A stretch of 64,000 bases of DNA from Eledone cirrhosa (lineage: Eukaryota). A program made the position numbers and the translations under genes. Below the pieces are notes generated by a model. That model made no database searches, was not told the origin of the DNA, and saw only the letters and a list, made by a program, of their open reading frames with translations. How positions within the stretch are numbered: position 1 is the first letter of the stretch; each line of letters opens with the position of its first letter. The stretch lies in NCBI GenBank assembly GCA_964016885.1, contig OZ024743.1, positions 236,592,001-236,656,000 of the forward strand, in the 5' to 3' direction. This document shows positions 27,930 through 43,200 of the stretch, one piece after another.

Positions 27930-30900
27930 TTGTATGTTCCTTCAGGCAATCTCCTCTACTACGGATTGTATGTTCCTTCAGTCAATCTCCTATACTACTG
28001 TTGTATGTTCCTTCCGTCAATCTCCTATACTACGGATTGTATGTTCCTTCAGTCAATCTCCTATACTACAGGTTCTATGTTCCGTCAGTCAATCTCCAAT
28101 ACTACTGGTTGTATGTTCCTTCAGTCAATCTCCTATACTACTGTTTCTATGTTCCTTCAGTCAATCTCCTATACTACGGATTGTATATTCCTTCAGTCAA
28201 TCTCCTATACTACGGATTGTATGTTCCTTCAGTCAATCTCCTATACTACAGGTTGTATGTTCCTTCAGTCAATCTCCTATACTACAGGTTGTATGTTCCT
28301 TTAGTCAATCTCCTATACTACTGGTTGTATGTTCCTTCAGTCAATCTCCTATACTACAGGTTGTATGTTCCTTCAGTCAATCTCCTATACTACAGGTTGT
28401 ATGTTCCTTCAGTCAATCTCCTATACTACAGGTTGTATGTTCCTTCAGTCAATCTCCTATACTACGGATTGTATATTCCTTCAGTCAATCTCCTATACTA
28501 CAGGTTGTATGTTCCTTCAGTCAATCTCCTATACTACTGGTTGTATGTTCCTTCAGTCAATCTCCTATACTACGGATTGTATGTTCCTTCAGTCAATCTC
28601 CTATACCACTGGTTGTATGTTCCTTCAGTCAATCTCCTATACTACGGATTGTATGTTCCTTCAGTCAATCTCCTATACTACAGGTTGTATGTTCCTTTAG
28701 TCAATCTCCTATACTACTGGTGGAATGTTCCTTCAGTCAATCTCCTATACTACTGTTTCTATGTTCCTTCAGTCAATCTATACTACGATTGTATATTCCT
28801 TCAGTCAATCTCCTATACTACGGATTGTATGTTCCTTCAGTCAATCTCCTATACTACAGGTTGTATGTTCCTTCAGTCAATTTCCTATACTACAGGTTGT
28901 ATGTTCCTTTAGTCAATCTCCTATACTACTGGTTGTATGTTCCATCAGTCAATCTCCTATACTACAGGTTGTATATTCCTTCAGTCAATCTCCTATACTA
29001 CAGGTTGTATGTTCCTTCAGTCAATCTCCTATACTACGGATTGTATATTCCTTCAGTCAATCTCCTATACTACAGGTTGTATATTACTTCAGTCAATCTC
29101 CTATACTACGGATTGTATGTTCCTTCAGTCAATCTCCTATACTACTGGTTGTATGTTCCTTCAGGCAATCTCCTATACTACTGGTTGTATATTCCTTCAG
29201 TCAATCTCCTATACTACGGATTGTATATTCCTTCAGTCAATTCTCCTATACTACTGGTTGTATATTCCTTCAGTCAATCTCCTATACTACGGATCGTATA
29301 TCCCTTCAGTCAATCTCCTATACTACTGGTTGTATGTTCCTTCAGTCAATCTCCTATACTACAGAGTGTATGTTCCTTCAGTCAATCTCCTATACTACAG
29401 GTTGTATGTTCCTTCAGTCAATCTCCTATACTACGGGTTGTATGTTCCTTCAGTTAATCTCCTATACTAAAGGTTGTATGTTCCTTCAGTCAATCTCCTA
29501 TACTACTGGTTGTATGTTCCTTCAGTTAATCTCCTATACTACAGGTTGTAGGTTCCTTCAGTCAATCTCCTATACTACGGGTTGTATGTTCCTTCAGTCA
29601 ATCTCCTATACTACAGGTTGTATATTCCTTCAGGCAATTTCCTATACTACTGGTTGTATGTTCCTTCAGTCAATCTCCTATACTACTGGTTGTATGTTCC
29701 TTCAGTCAATCTCCTATACTACTGTTTCTATGTTCCTTCAGTCAATCTCCTATACTACGGATTGTATATTCCTTCAGTCAATCTCCTATACTACGGATTG
29801 TATGTTCCTTCAGTCAATCTCCTATACTACAGGTTGTATGTTCCTTCAGTCAATCTCCTATACTACAGGTTGTATGTTCCTTTAGTCAATCTCCTATACT
29901 ACTGGTTGTATGTTCCTTCAGTCAATCTCCTATACTACAGGTTGTATGTTCCTTCAGTCAATCTCCTATACTACAGGTTGTATGTTCCTTCAGTCAATCT
30001 CCTATACTACAGGTTGTATGTTCCTTCAGTCAATCTCCTATACTACGGATTGTATATTCCTTCAGTCAATCTCCTATACTACAGGTTGTATGTTCCTTCA
30101 GTCAATCTCCTATACTACTGGTTGTATGTTCCTTCAGTCAATCTCCTATACTACGGATTGTATGTTCCTTCAGTCAATCTCCTATACCACTGGTTGTATG
30201 TTCCTTCAGTCAATCTCCTATACTACGGATTGTATGTTCCTTCAGTCAATCTCCTATACTACAGGTTGTATGTTCCTTTAGTCAATCTCCTATACTACTG
30301 GTGGAATGTTCCTTCAGTCAATCTCCTATACTACTGTTTCTATGTTCCTTCAGTCAATCTATACTACGATTGTATATTCCTTCAGTCAATCTCCTATACT
30401 ACGGATTGTATGTTCCTTCAGTCAATCTCCTATACTACAGGTTGTATGTTCCTTCAGTCAATTTCCTATACTACAGGTTGTATGTTCCTTCAGTCAATCT
30501 CCTATACTACGGATTGTATATTCCTTCAGTCAATCTCCTATACTACAGGTTGTATGTTCCTTCAGTCAATCTCCTATACTACTGGTTGTATGTTCCTTCA
30601 GTCAATCTCCTATACTACGGATTGTATGTTCCTTCAGTCAATCTCCTATACCACTGGTTGTATGTTCCTTCAGTCAATCTCCTATACTACGGATTGTATG
30701 TTCCTTCAGTCAATCTCCTATACTACAGGTTGTATGTTCCTTTAGTCAATCTCTTATACTACTGGTGGAATGTTCCTTCAGTCAATCTCCTATACTACTG
30801 TTTCTATGTTCCTTCAGTCAATCTATACTACGATTGTATATTCCTTCAGTCAATCTCCTATACTACGGATTGTATGTTCCTTCAGTCAATCTCCTATACT

Positions 30901-33900
30901 ACAGGTTGTATGTTCCTTCAGTCAATTTCCTATACTACAGGTTGTATGTTCCTTTAGTCAATCTCCTATACTACTGGTTGTATGTTCCATCAGTCAATCC
31001 CCTATACTACAGGTTGTATATTCCTTCAGTCAATCTCCTATACTACAGGTTGTATGTTCCTTCAGTCAATCTCCTATACTACGGATTGTATATTCCTTCA
31101 GTCAATCTCCTATACTACAGGTTGTATATTACTTCAGTCAATCTCCTATACTACGGATTGTATGTTCCTTCAGTCAATCTCCTATACTACTGGTTGTATG
31201 TTCCTTCAGGCAATCTCCTATACTACTGGTTGTATATTCCTTCAGTCAATCTCCTATACTACGGATTGTATATTCCTTCAGTCAATTCTCCTATACTACT
31301 GGTTGTATATTCCTTCAGTCAATCTCCTATACTACGGATCGTATATCCCTTCAGTCAATCTCCTATACTACTGGTTGTATGTTCCTTCAGTCAATCTCCT
31401 ATACTACAGAGTGTATGTTCCTTCAGTCAATCTCCTATACTACAGGTTGTATGTTCCTTCAGTCAATCTCCTATACTACGGGTTGTATGTTCCTTCAGTT
31501 AATCTCCTATACTAAAGGTTGTATGTTCCTTCAGTCAATCTCCTATACTACTGGTTGTATGTTCCTTCAGTTAATCTCCTATACTACAGGTTGTAGGTTC
31601 CTTCAGTCAATCTCCTATACTACGGGTTGTATGTTCCTTCAGTCAATCTCCTATACTACAGGTTGTATATTCCTTCAGGCAATTTCCTATACTACTGGTT
31701 GTATGTTCCTTCAGTCAATCTCCTATACTACTGGTTGTATGTTCCTTCAGTCAATCTCCTATACTACGGGTTGTATGTTCCTTCAGTCAATCTCCTATAC
31801 TACGGGTTGTATATTCCTTCAGTCAATCTCCTATACTACTGGTTGTATATTCCTTCAGTCAATCTCCTATACTACGGGTTGTATGTTCCTTCAGTCAATC
31901 TCCTATACTACAGGTTGTATGTTCCTTCAGTCAATCTCCTATACTACAGGTTGTATGTTCCTTCAGTCAATCTCCTATACTACTGGTTGTATGTTCCTTC
32001 AGTCAATCTCCTATACTACAGGTTGTATGTTCCTTCAGTCAATCTCCTATACTACGGATTGTATGTTCCTTCAGTCAATCTCCTATACTACGGATTGTAT
32101 GTTCTTTCAGTTAATCTCCTATACTACTGGTTGTATGTTCCTTCAGTTAATCTCTTATACTACTGGTTGTATGTTCCTTCAGTTAATCTCCTATACTACA
32201 GGTTGTATATTCCTTCAGTCAATCTCCTATACTACAGGTTGTATATTCTTTCAGTTAATCTCCTATACTACAGGTTGTATATTCCTTCAGTTAATCTCCT
32301 ATACTACGGATTGTATATTCCTTCAGTTAATCTCCTATACTACTGGTTGTATATTCCTTCAGTCAATCTCCTATACTACGGATTGTATATTACTTCAATT
32401 AATCTCCTATACTATTTGTTGTATGTTCCTTCAGTCAATCTCCTATACTACTGGTTGTATGTTCCTTCAGGCAATCTCCTCTACTACGGATTGTATGTTC
32501 CTTCAGTCAATCTCCTATACTACTGTTGTATGTTCCTTCCGTCAATCTCCTATACTACGGATTGTATGTTCCTTCAGTCAATCTCCTATACTACAGGTTC
32601 TATGTTCCGTCAGTCAATCTCCAATACTACTGGTTGTATGTTCCTTCAGTCAATCTCCTATACTACTGTTTCTATGTTCCTTCAGTCAATCTCCTATACT
32701 ACGGATTGTATATTCCTTCAGTCAATCTCCTATACTACGGATTGTATGTTCCTTCAGTCAATCTCCTATACTACAGGTTGTATGTTCCTTCAGTCAATCT
32801 CCTATACTACAGGTTGTATGTTCCTTTAGTCAATCTCCTATACTACTGGTTGTATGTTCCTTCAGTCAATCTCCTATACTACAGGTTGTATGTTCCTTCA
32901 GTCAATCTCCTATACTACAGGTTGTATGTTCCTTCAGTCAATCTCCTATACTACAGGTTGTATGTTCCTTCAGTCAATCTCCTATACTACGGATTGTATA
33001 TTCCTTCAGTCAATCTCCTATACTACAGGTTGTATGTTCCTTCAGTCAATCTCCTATACTACTGGTTGTATGTTCCTTCAGTCAATCTCCTATACTACGG
33101 ATTGTATGTTCCTTCAGTCAATCTCCTATACCACTGGTTGTATGTTCCTTCAGTCAATCTCCTATACTACGGATTGTATGTTCCTTCAGTCAATCTCCTA
33201 TACTACAGGTTGTATGTTCCTTTAGTCAATCTCCTATACTACTGGTGGAATGTTCCTTCAGTCAATCTCCTATACTACTGTTTCTATGTTCCTTCAGTCA
33301 ATCTATACTACGATTGTATATTCCTTCAGTCAATCTCCTATACTACGGATTGTATGTTCCTTCAGTCAATCTCCTATACTACAGGTTGTATGTTCCTTGA
33401 GTCAATTTCCTATACTACAGGTTGTATGTTCCTTTAGTCAATCTCCTATACTACTGGTTGTATGTTCCATCAGTCAATCTCCTATACTACAGGTTGTATA
33501 TTCCTTCAGTCAATCTCCTATACTACAGGTTGTATGTTCCTTCAGTCAATCTCCTATACTACGGATTGTATATTCCTTCAGTCAATCTCCTATACTACAG
33601 GTTGTATATTACTTCAGTCAATCTCCTATACTACGGATTGTATGTTCCTTCAGTCAATCTCCTATACTACTGGTTGTATGTTCCTTCAGGCAATCTCCTA
33701 TACTACTGGTTGTATATTCCTTCAGTCAATCTCCTATACTACGGATTGTATATTCCTTCAGTCAATTCTCCTATACTACTGGTTGTATATTCCTTCAGTC
33801 AATCTCCTATACTACGGATCGTATATCCCTTCAGTCAATCTCCTATACTACTGGTTGTATGTTCCTTCAGTCAATCTCCTATACTACAGAGTGTATGTTC

Positions 33901-36500
33901 CTTCAGTCAATCTCCTATACTACAGGTTGTATGTTCCTTCAGTCAATCTCCTATACTACGGGTTGTATGTTCCTTCAGTTAATCTCCTATACTAAAGGTT
34001 GTATGTTCCTTCAGTCAATCTCCTATACTACTGGTTGTATGTTCCTTCAGTTAATCTCCTATACTACAGGTTGTATGTTCCTTCAGTCAATCTCCTATAT
34101 TACTGGTTGTATGTTCCTTCAGTCAATCTCCTATACTACGGATTGTATATTCCTTCAGTCAATCTCCTATACTACAGGTTGTATGTTCCTTCAGTCAATC
34201 TCCTATACTACTGGTTGTATGTTCCTTCAGGCAATCTCCTCTACTACGGATTGTATATTCCTTCAGTTAATCTCCTATACTACTGGTTGTATATTCCTTC
34301 AGTCAATCTCCTATACTACGGATTGTATATTACTTCAATTAATCTCCTATACTATTTGTTGTATGTTCCTTCAGTCAATCTCCTATACTACTGGTTGTAT
34401 GTTCCTTCAGGCAATCTCCTCTACTACGGATTGTATGTTCCTTCAGTCAATCTCCTATACTACTGTTGTATGTTCCTTCCGTCAATCTCCTATACTACGG
34501 ATTGTATGTTCCTTCAGTCAATCTCCTATACTACAGGTTCTATGTTCCGTCAGTCAATCTCCAATACTACTGGTTGTATGTTCCTTCAGTCAATCTCCTA
34601 TACTACTGTTTCTATGTTCCTTCAGTCAATCTCCTATACTACGGATTGTATATTCCTTCAGTCAATCTCCTATACTACGGATTGTATGTTCCTTCAGTCA
34701 ATCTCCTATACTACAGGTTGTATGTTCCTTCAGTCAATCTCCTATACTACAGGTTGTATGTTCCTTTAGTCAATCTCCTATACTACTGGTTGTATGTTCC
34801 TTCAGTCAATCTCCTATACTACAGGTTGTATGTTCCTTCAGTCAATCTCCTATACTACAGGTTGTATGTTCCTTCAGTCAATCTCCTATACTACAGGTTG
34901 TATGTTCCTTCAGTCAATCTCCTATACTACGGATTGTATATTCCTTCAGTCAATCTCCTATACTACAGGTTGTATGTTCCTTCAGTCAATCTCCTATACC
35001 ACTGGTTGTATGTTCCTTCAGTCAATCTCCTATACTACGGATTGTATGTTCCTTCAGTCAATCTCCTATACTACAGGTTGTATGTTCCTTTAGTCAATCT
35101 CCTATACTACTGGTGGAATGTTCCTTCAGTCAATCTCCTATACTACTGTTTCTATGTTCCTTCAGTCAATCTATACTACGATTGTATATTCCTTCAGTCA
35201 ATCTCCTATACTACGGATTGTATGTTCCTTCAGTCAATCTCCTATACTACAGGTTGTATGTTCCTTGAGTCAATTTCCTATACTACAGGTTGTATGTTCC
35301 TTTAGTCAATCTCCTATACTACTGGTTGTATGTTCCATCAGTCAATCTCCTATACTACAGGTTGTATATTCCTTCAGTCAATCTCCTATACTACAGGTTG
35401 TATGTTCCTTCAGTCAATCTCCTATACTACGGATTGTATATTCCTTCAGTCAATCTCCTATACTACAGGTTGTATATTACTTCAGTCAATCTCCTATACT
35501 ACGGATTGTATGTTCCTTCAGTCAATCTCCTATACTACTGGTTGTATGTTCCTTCAGGCAATCTCCTATACTACTGGTTGTATATTCCTTCAGTCAATCT
35601 CCTATACTACGGATTGTATATTCCTTCAGTCAATTCTCCTATACTACTGGTTGTATATTCCTTCAGTCAATCTCCTATACTACGGATCGTATATCCCTTC
35701 AGTCAATCTCCTATACTACTGGTTGTATGTTCCTTCAGTCAATCTCCTATACTACAGAGTGTATGTTCCTTCAGTCAATCTCCTATACTACAGGTTGTAT
35801 GTTCCTTCAGTCAATCTCCTATACTACGGGTTGTATGTTCCTTCAGTTAATCTCCTATACTAAAGGTTGTATGTTCCTTCAGTCAATCTCCTATACTACT
35901 GGTTGTATGTTCCTTCAGTTAATCTCCTATACTACAGGTTGTATGTTCCTTCAGTCAATCTCCTATATTACTGGTTGTATGTTCCTTCAGTCAATCTCCT
36001 ATACTACGGATTGTATATTCCTTCAGTCAATCTCCTATACTACAGGTTGTATGTTCCTTCAGTCAATCTCCTATACTACTGGTTGTATGTTCCTTCAGGC
36101 AATCTCCTCTACTACGGATTGTATGTTCCTTCAGTCAATCTCCTATACTACTGTTGTATGTTCCCTCCGTCAATCTCCTATACTACGGATTGTATGTTCC
36201 TTCAGTCAATCTCCTATACTACAGGTTCTATGTTCCGTCAGTCAATCTCCAATACTACTGGTTGTATGTTCCTTCAGTCAATCTCCTATACTACTGTTTC
36301 TATGTTCCTTCAGTCAATCTCCTATACTACGGATTGTATATTCCTTCAGTCAATCTCCTATACTACGGATTGTATGTTCCTTCAGTCAATCTCCTATACT
36401 ACAGGTTGTATGTTCCTTCAGTCAATCTCCTATACTACAGGTTGTATGTTCCTTTAGTCAATCTCCTATACTACTGGTTGTATGTTCCTTCAGTCAATCT
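27930..36500. repeat. Irregular multi-copy expansion of the indel-bearing block first seen at about 21-22.7 kb
   Basis: The 32-bp monomer recurs at 28772, 30353, 30817, 33297 and 35165. The +T variant CAATTCTCC recurs at about 29239, 31285, 33765 and 35632, each followed by GATCGTATATCCC, ACAGAGTG and ACTAAAGG. Confidence 0.88.
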
Positions 36501-39500
36501 CCTATACTACAGGTTGTATGTTCCTTCAGTCAATCTCCTATACTACAGGTTGTATGTTCCTTCAGTCAATCTCCTATACTACGGATTGTATATTCCTTCA
36601 GTCAATCTCCTATACTACTGGTTGTATGTTCCTTCAGTCAATCTCCTATACTACGGATTGTATATTCCTTCAGTCAATCTCCTCTACTACTGGTTGTATG
36701 TTCTTCAGTCAATCTCCTATACTACGGATTGTATGTTCCTTCAGTTAATCTCCTATACTACAGGTTGTATGTTCCTTCAGTCAATCTCCTATAATACAGG
36801 TTGTATGTTCCTTCAGTCAATCTCCTATACTACAGGTTGTATGTTCCTTCAGTCAATCTCCTATACTACTTGTTGTATGTTCCTTCAGTCAATCTCCTAT
36901 ACTACAGGTTGTATGTTCCTTCAGTCAATCTCCAATACTACAGGTTGTATGTTCCTTCAGTCAATCTCCTATACTACGGATTGTATGTTCCTTCAGTCAA
37001 TCTCCTATACTACGGATTGTATGTTCTTTCAGTTAATCTCCTATACTACTGGTTGCATGTTCCTTCAGTTAATCTCCTATACTACTGGTTGTATGTTCCT
37101 TCAGTCAATCTCCTATACTACAGGTTGTATATTCCTTCAGTCAATCTCCTATACTACAGGTTGTATATTCTTTCAGTTAATCTCCTATACTACAGGTTGT
37201 ATATTCCTTCAGTTAATCTCCTATACTACGGATTGTATATTCCTTCAGTTAATCTCCTATACTACTGGTTGTATATTCCTTCAGTCAATCTCCTATACTA
37301 CGGATTGTATATTCCTTCAGTCAATCTCCTATACTACGGATTGTATATTCCTTCAATTAATCTCCTATACTATTTGTTGTATGTTCCTTCAGTCAATCTC
37401 CTATACTACAGGTTGTATTTACCTTCAGTCAATCTCCTATACTACAGGTTGTATGTTCGTTCAGTCAATCTCCTATACTACTGGTTGTATATTCCTTCAG
37501 TCAATCTCCTATACTACTGGTTGTATATTCCTTCAGTCAATCTCCTATACTACAGGTTGTATATTCCTTCAGTTAATCTCCTATACTACGGGTTGTATAT
37601 TCCTTCAGTCAATCTCCTATACCACGGATTGTATGTTCCTGCAGTCAATCTCCTATACTACTGGTTGTATGTTCCTTCAGTCAATCTCTTATACTACGGG
37701 TTGTATGTTCCTTCAGTCAATCTCCTATACTACAGGTTGTATGTTCCTTCAGTCAATCTCCTATACTACAGGTTGTATGTTCCTTCAGTCAATCTCCTAT
37801 ACTACAGGTTGTATGTTCCTTCAGTCAATCTCCTATACAACTGGTTGTATGTTACTTCAGTCAATCTCCTATACTACGGATTGCATGTTCCTTCAGTCAA
37901 TCCCCAATACTACTGGTTGTATGTTCCTTCAGTCAATCTCCTATACAACTGGTTGTATATTCCGTCAGTCAATCTCCTATACTACTGGTTGTATGTTCCT
38001 TCAGTCAATCTCCTATACTACAGGTTGTATGTTCCTTCAGTCAATCTCCTATACTACGGGTTGTATGTTCCTTCAGTCAATCCCCTATACTACTGGTTGT
38101 ATGTTCCTTCAGTCAATCTCCTATACTACTGGTTGTATGTTCCTTCAGACAATCTCCTATACAACTGGTTGTATATTCCTTCAGTCAATCTCCTATACTA
38201 CTGGTTGTATTTTCCTTCAGTCAATCCCCTATACTACTGGTTGTATATTCCTTCAGTCAATCTCCTATACTACGCATTGTATGTTCCTTCAGTCAATCTC
38301 CTATACTACGGATTGTATGTTCCTTCAGTCAATCTCCTATACTACTGGTTGTATGTTCCTTCAGTCAAACTCCTATACAACTGGTTGTATATTCCTTCAG
38401 TCAATCTCCTATACTACTGGTTGTATGTTCCTTCAGTCTATCTCCTGTACTACGGATTGTATGTTCCTTCAGTCAATCTCCTATACTACTGGTTGTATGT
38501 TCCTTCAGTCAATCTCCTATACTACTGGTTGTATATTCCTTCAGTCAATCTCCTATACTACTGGTTGTATATTCCTTCAGTCAATCTCCTATACTACAGG
38601 TTGTATATTCCTTCAGTTAATCTCCTATACTACAGGTTGTATATTCCTTCAGTTAATCTCCTATACTACAGGTTGTAGGTTCCTTCAGTCAATCTCCTAT
38701 ACTACGGGTTGTATGTTCCTTCAGTCAATCTCCTATACTACAGGTTGTATATTCCTTCAGGCAATTTCCTATACTACTGGTTGTATGTTCCTTCAGTCAA
38801 TCTCCTATACTACTGGTTGTATGTTCCTTCAGTCAATCTCCTATACTACAGGTTCTATGTTCCTTCAGTCAATCTCCTATACTACTGGTTGTATGTTCCT
38901 TCAGTCAATCTCCTATACTACGGGTTGTATGTTCCTTCAGTCAATCTCCTATACTACGGGTTGTATATTCCTTCAGTCAATCTCCTATACTACTGGTTGT
39001 ATATTCCTTCAGTCAATCTCCTATACTACGGGTTGTATGTTCCTTCAGTCAATCTCCTATACTACAGGTTGTATGTTCCTTCAGTCAATCTCCTATACTA
39101 CAGGTTGTATGTTCCTTCAGTCAATCTCCTATACTACGGGTTTTATGTTCCTTCAGTCAATCTCCTATACTACTGGTTGTATATTCCTTCAGTCAATCTC
39201 CTATACTACAGGTTGTATATTCCTTCAGTTAATCTCCTATACTACAGGTTGTATGTTACTTCAGTCAATCTCCTATACTACAGGTTGTATGTTCCTTCAG
39301 TCAATCTCCTATACTACAGGTTGTATGTTCCTTCAGTCAATCTCCTATACTACTGGTTGTATGTTCCTTCAGTCAATCTCCTATACTACAGGTTGTATGT
39401 TCCTTCAGTCAATCTCCAATACTACAGGTTGTATGTTCCTTCAGTCAATCTCCTATACTACGGATTGTATGTTCCTTCAGTCAATCTCCTATACTACGGA

Positions 39501-40229
39501 TTGTATGTTCTTTCAGTTAATCTCCTATACTACTGGTTGTATGTTCCTTCAGTTACTCTCTTATACTACTGGTTGTATGTTCCTTCAGTCAATCTCCTAT
39601 ACTACAGGTTGTATATTCCTTCAGTCAATCTCCTATACTACAGGTTGTATATTCTTTCAGTTAATCTCCTATACTACAGGTTGTATATTCCTTCAGTTAA
39701 TCTCCTATACTACGGATTGTATATTCCTTCAGTTAATCTCCTATACTACTGGTTGTATATTCCTTCAGTCAATCTCCTATACTACGGATTGTATATTCCT
39801 TCAGTCAATCTCCTATACTACGGATTGTATATTCCTTCAATTAATCTCCTATATTATTTGTTGTATGTTCCTTCAGTCAATCTCCTATACTACAGGTTGT
39901 ATTTACCTTCAGTCAATCTCCAATACTACAGGTTGTATGTTCCTTCAGTCAATCTCCTATACTACAGGTTGTATATTCCTTCAGTCAATCTCCTATACTA
40001 CAGGTTGTATATTCCTTCAGTCAATCTCCTATACTACGGATTGTATGTTCCTGCAGTCAATCTCCTATACTACTGGTTGTATGTTCCTTCAGTCAATCTT
40101 TTATACTACGGGTTGTATGTTCCTTCAGTCAATCTCCTATACTACTGGTTGTATGTTCCTTCAGTCAATCTCCTATACTACAGGTTGTATGTTCCTTCAG
40201 TCAATCTCCTATACTACAGGTTGTATGTT

Positions 40230-43200
40230 CCTTCAGTCAATCTCGTATACAACTGGTTGTATGTTCCTTCAGTCAATCTCCTATACTACGGATTGCATGT
40301 TCCTTCAGTCAATCCCCAATACTACTGGTTGTATGTTCCTTTAGTCAATCTCCTATACAACTGGTTGTATATTCCTTCAGTCAATCTCCTATACTACTGG
40401 TTGTATGTTCCTTCAGTCAATCTCCTATACTACAGGTTGTATGTTCCTTCAGTCAATCTCCTATACTACGGGTTGTATTTTCCTTCAGTCAATCCCCTAT
40501 ACTACTGGTTGTATATTCCTTCAGTCAATCTCCTATACTACAGGTTGTATGTTCCTTCAGTCAATCTCCTATACAACTGGTTGTATGTTCCTTCAGTCAA
40601 TCTCCTATACTACGGATTGCATGTTCCTTCAGTCAATCTCTTATACTACGGGTTGTATGTTCCTTCAGTCAATCTCCTATACTACAGGTTGTATGTTCCT
40701 TCAGTCAATCTCCTATACTACAGGTTGTATGTTCCTTCAGTCAATCTCCTATACTACAGGTTGTATGTTCCTTCAGTCAATCTCCTATACAACTGGTTGT
40801 ATGTTCCTTCAGTCAATCTCTTATACTACGGATTGCATGTTCCTTCAGTCAATCCCCAATACTACTGGTTGTATGTTCCTTCAGTCAATCTCCTATACAA
40901 CTGGTTGTATATTCCTTCAGTCAATCTCCTATACTACTGGCTGTATGTTCCTTCAGTCAATCTCCTATGCTACGGGTTGTATGTTCCTTCAGTCAATCTC
41001 CTATACTACGGGTTGTATGTTCCTTCAGTCAATCTCCTATACTACAGGTTGTATGTTCCTTCAGTCAATCTCCTATACTACAGGTTGTATGTTCCTTCAG
41101 TCAATCTCCTATACTACAGGTTGTATGTTCCTTCAGTCAATCTCCTATACTACTGGTTGTATATTCCTTCAGTCAATATCTTATACTACAGGTTGTATGT
41201 TCCTTCAGTCAATCTCCTATACTACAGGTTGTATGTTCCTTCAGTCAATCTCCTATACTACTGGTTGTATATACCTTCAGGCAATCTCCTATACTACTGG
41301 TTGTATGTTCCTTCAGTCAATCTCCTATACTACTGGTTGTATGTTCCTTCAGTCAATCTCCTATACGACAGGTTCGATGTTCCTTCAGTCAATCTCCTAT
41401 ACTACTGGTTGTATGTTCCTTCAGTCAATCTCCTATACTACGGGTTGTATGTTCCTTCAGTCAATCTCCTATACTACGGGTTGTATATTCCTTCAGTCAA
41501 TCTCCTATACTACTGGTTGTATATTCCTTCAGTCAATCTCCTATACTACGGGTTGTATGTTCCTTCAGTCAATCTCCTATACTACAGGTTGTATGTTCCT
41601 TCAGTCAATCTCCTATACTACAGGTTGTATGTTCCTTCAGTCAATCTCCTATACTACGGGTTTTATGTTCCTTCAGTCAATCTCCTATACTACTGGTTGT
41701 ATATTCCTTCAGTCAATCTCCTATACTACAGGTTGTATATTCCTTCAGTTAATCTCCTATACTACAGGTTGTATGTTCCTTCAGTCAATCTCCTATACTA
41801 CAGGTTGTATGTTCCTTCAGTCAATCTCCTATACTACAGGTTGTATGTTCCTTCAGTCAATCTCCTATACTACTGGTTGTATGTTCCTTCAGTCAATCTC
41901 CTATACTACAGGTTGTTTGTTCCTTCAGTCAATCTCCTATACTACAGGTTGTATGTTCCTTCAGTCAATCTCCTATACTACGGATTGTATGTTCCTTCAG
42001 TCAATCTCCTATACTACGGATTGTATGTTCTTTCAGTTAATCTCCTATACTACTGGTTGTATGTTCCTTCAGTTAATCTCCTATACTACTGGTTGTATGT
42101 TCCTTCAGTCAATCTCCTATACTACAGGTTGTATATTCCTTCAGTCAATCTCCTATACTACAGGTTGTATATTCTTTCAGTTAATCTCCTATATTACAGG
42201 TTTTATATTCCTTCAGTTAATCTCCTATACTACGGATTGTATATTCCTTCAGTTAATCTCCTATACTACTGGTTGTATATTCCTTCAGTCAATCTCCTAT
42301 ACTACGGATTGTATATTCCTTCAGTCAATCTCCTATACTACGGATTGTATATTCCTTCAATTAATCTCCTATACTATTTGTTGTATGTTCCTTCAGTCAA
42401 TCTCCTATACTACAGGTTGTATTTACCTTCAGTCAATCTCCTATACTACAGGTTGTATGTTCCTTCAGTCAATCTCTTATACTACAGGTTGTATATTCCT
42501 TCAGTCAATCTCCTATACTACAGGTTGTATGTTCCTTCAGTTAATCTCCTATACTACGGGTTGTATGTTCCTTCAGACAACTCCTATACTACAGGTTGTA
42601 TGTTCCTTCAGTCAATCCCCTATACTACGGGTTTTATGTTCCTTCAGTCAATCTCCTATAGTACTGGTTGTATGTTCCTTCAGTCAATCTCCTATACTAC
42701 AGGTTGTATGTTCCTACAGTCAATCTCCTATACTACTGGTTGTATGTTCCTTCAGTCAATCTCCTATACTGCTGGTTGTATGTTCCTTCAGTCAATCTCC
42801 TATACTACTGGTTCTATGTTCCTTCAGTCAATCTCCTATACTACGGGTTGTATATTCCTTCAGTCAATCTCCTATACTACTGGTTGTATATTCCTTCAGT
42901 CAATCTCCTCTACTACGGGTTGTATATTCCTTCAGTCAATCTCATATACTACTGTTTGTATGTTCCTTCAGTCAATCTCCTATACTACGGGTTGTATGTT
43001 CCTTCAGTCAATCTCCTATACTACAGGTCGTATGTTCCTTCAGTTAATCTCCTATACTACAGGTTGTATATTCCTTCAGTCAATCTCCTAAACTACAGGT
43101 TGTATATTCCTTCAGTCAATCTCCTATACTACAGGTTGTATGTTCCTTCAGTCAATCTCCTATACTACGAATTGTATATTCCTTCAGTCAATCTCCTATA

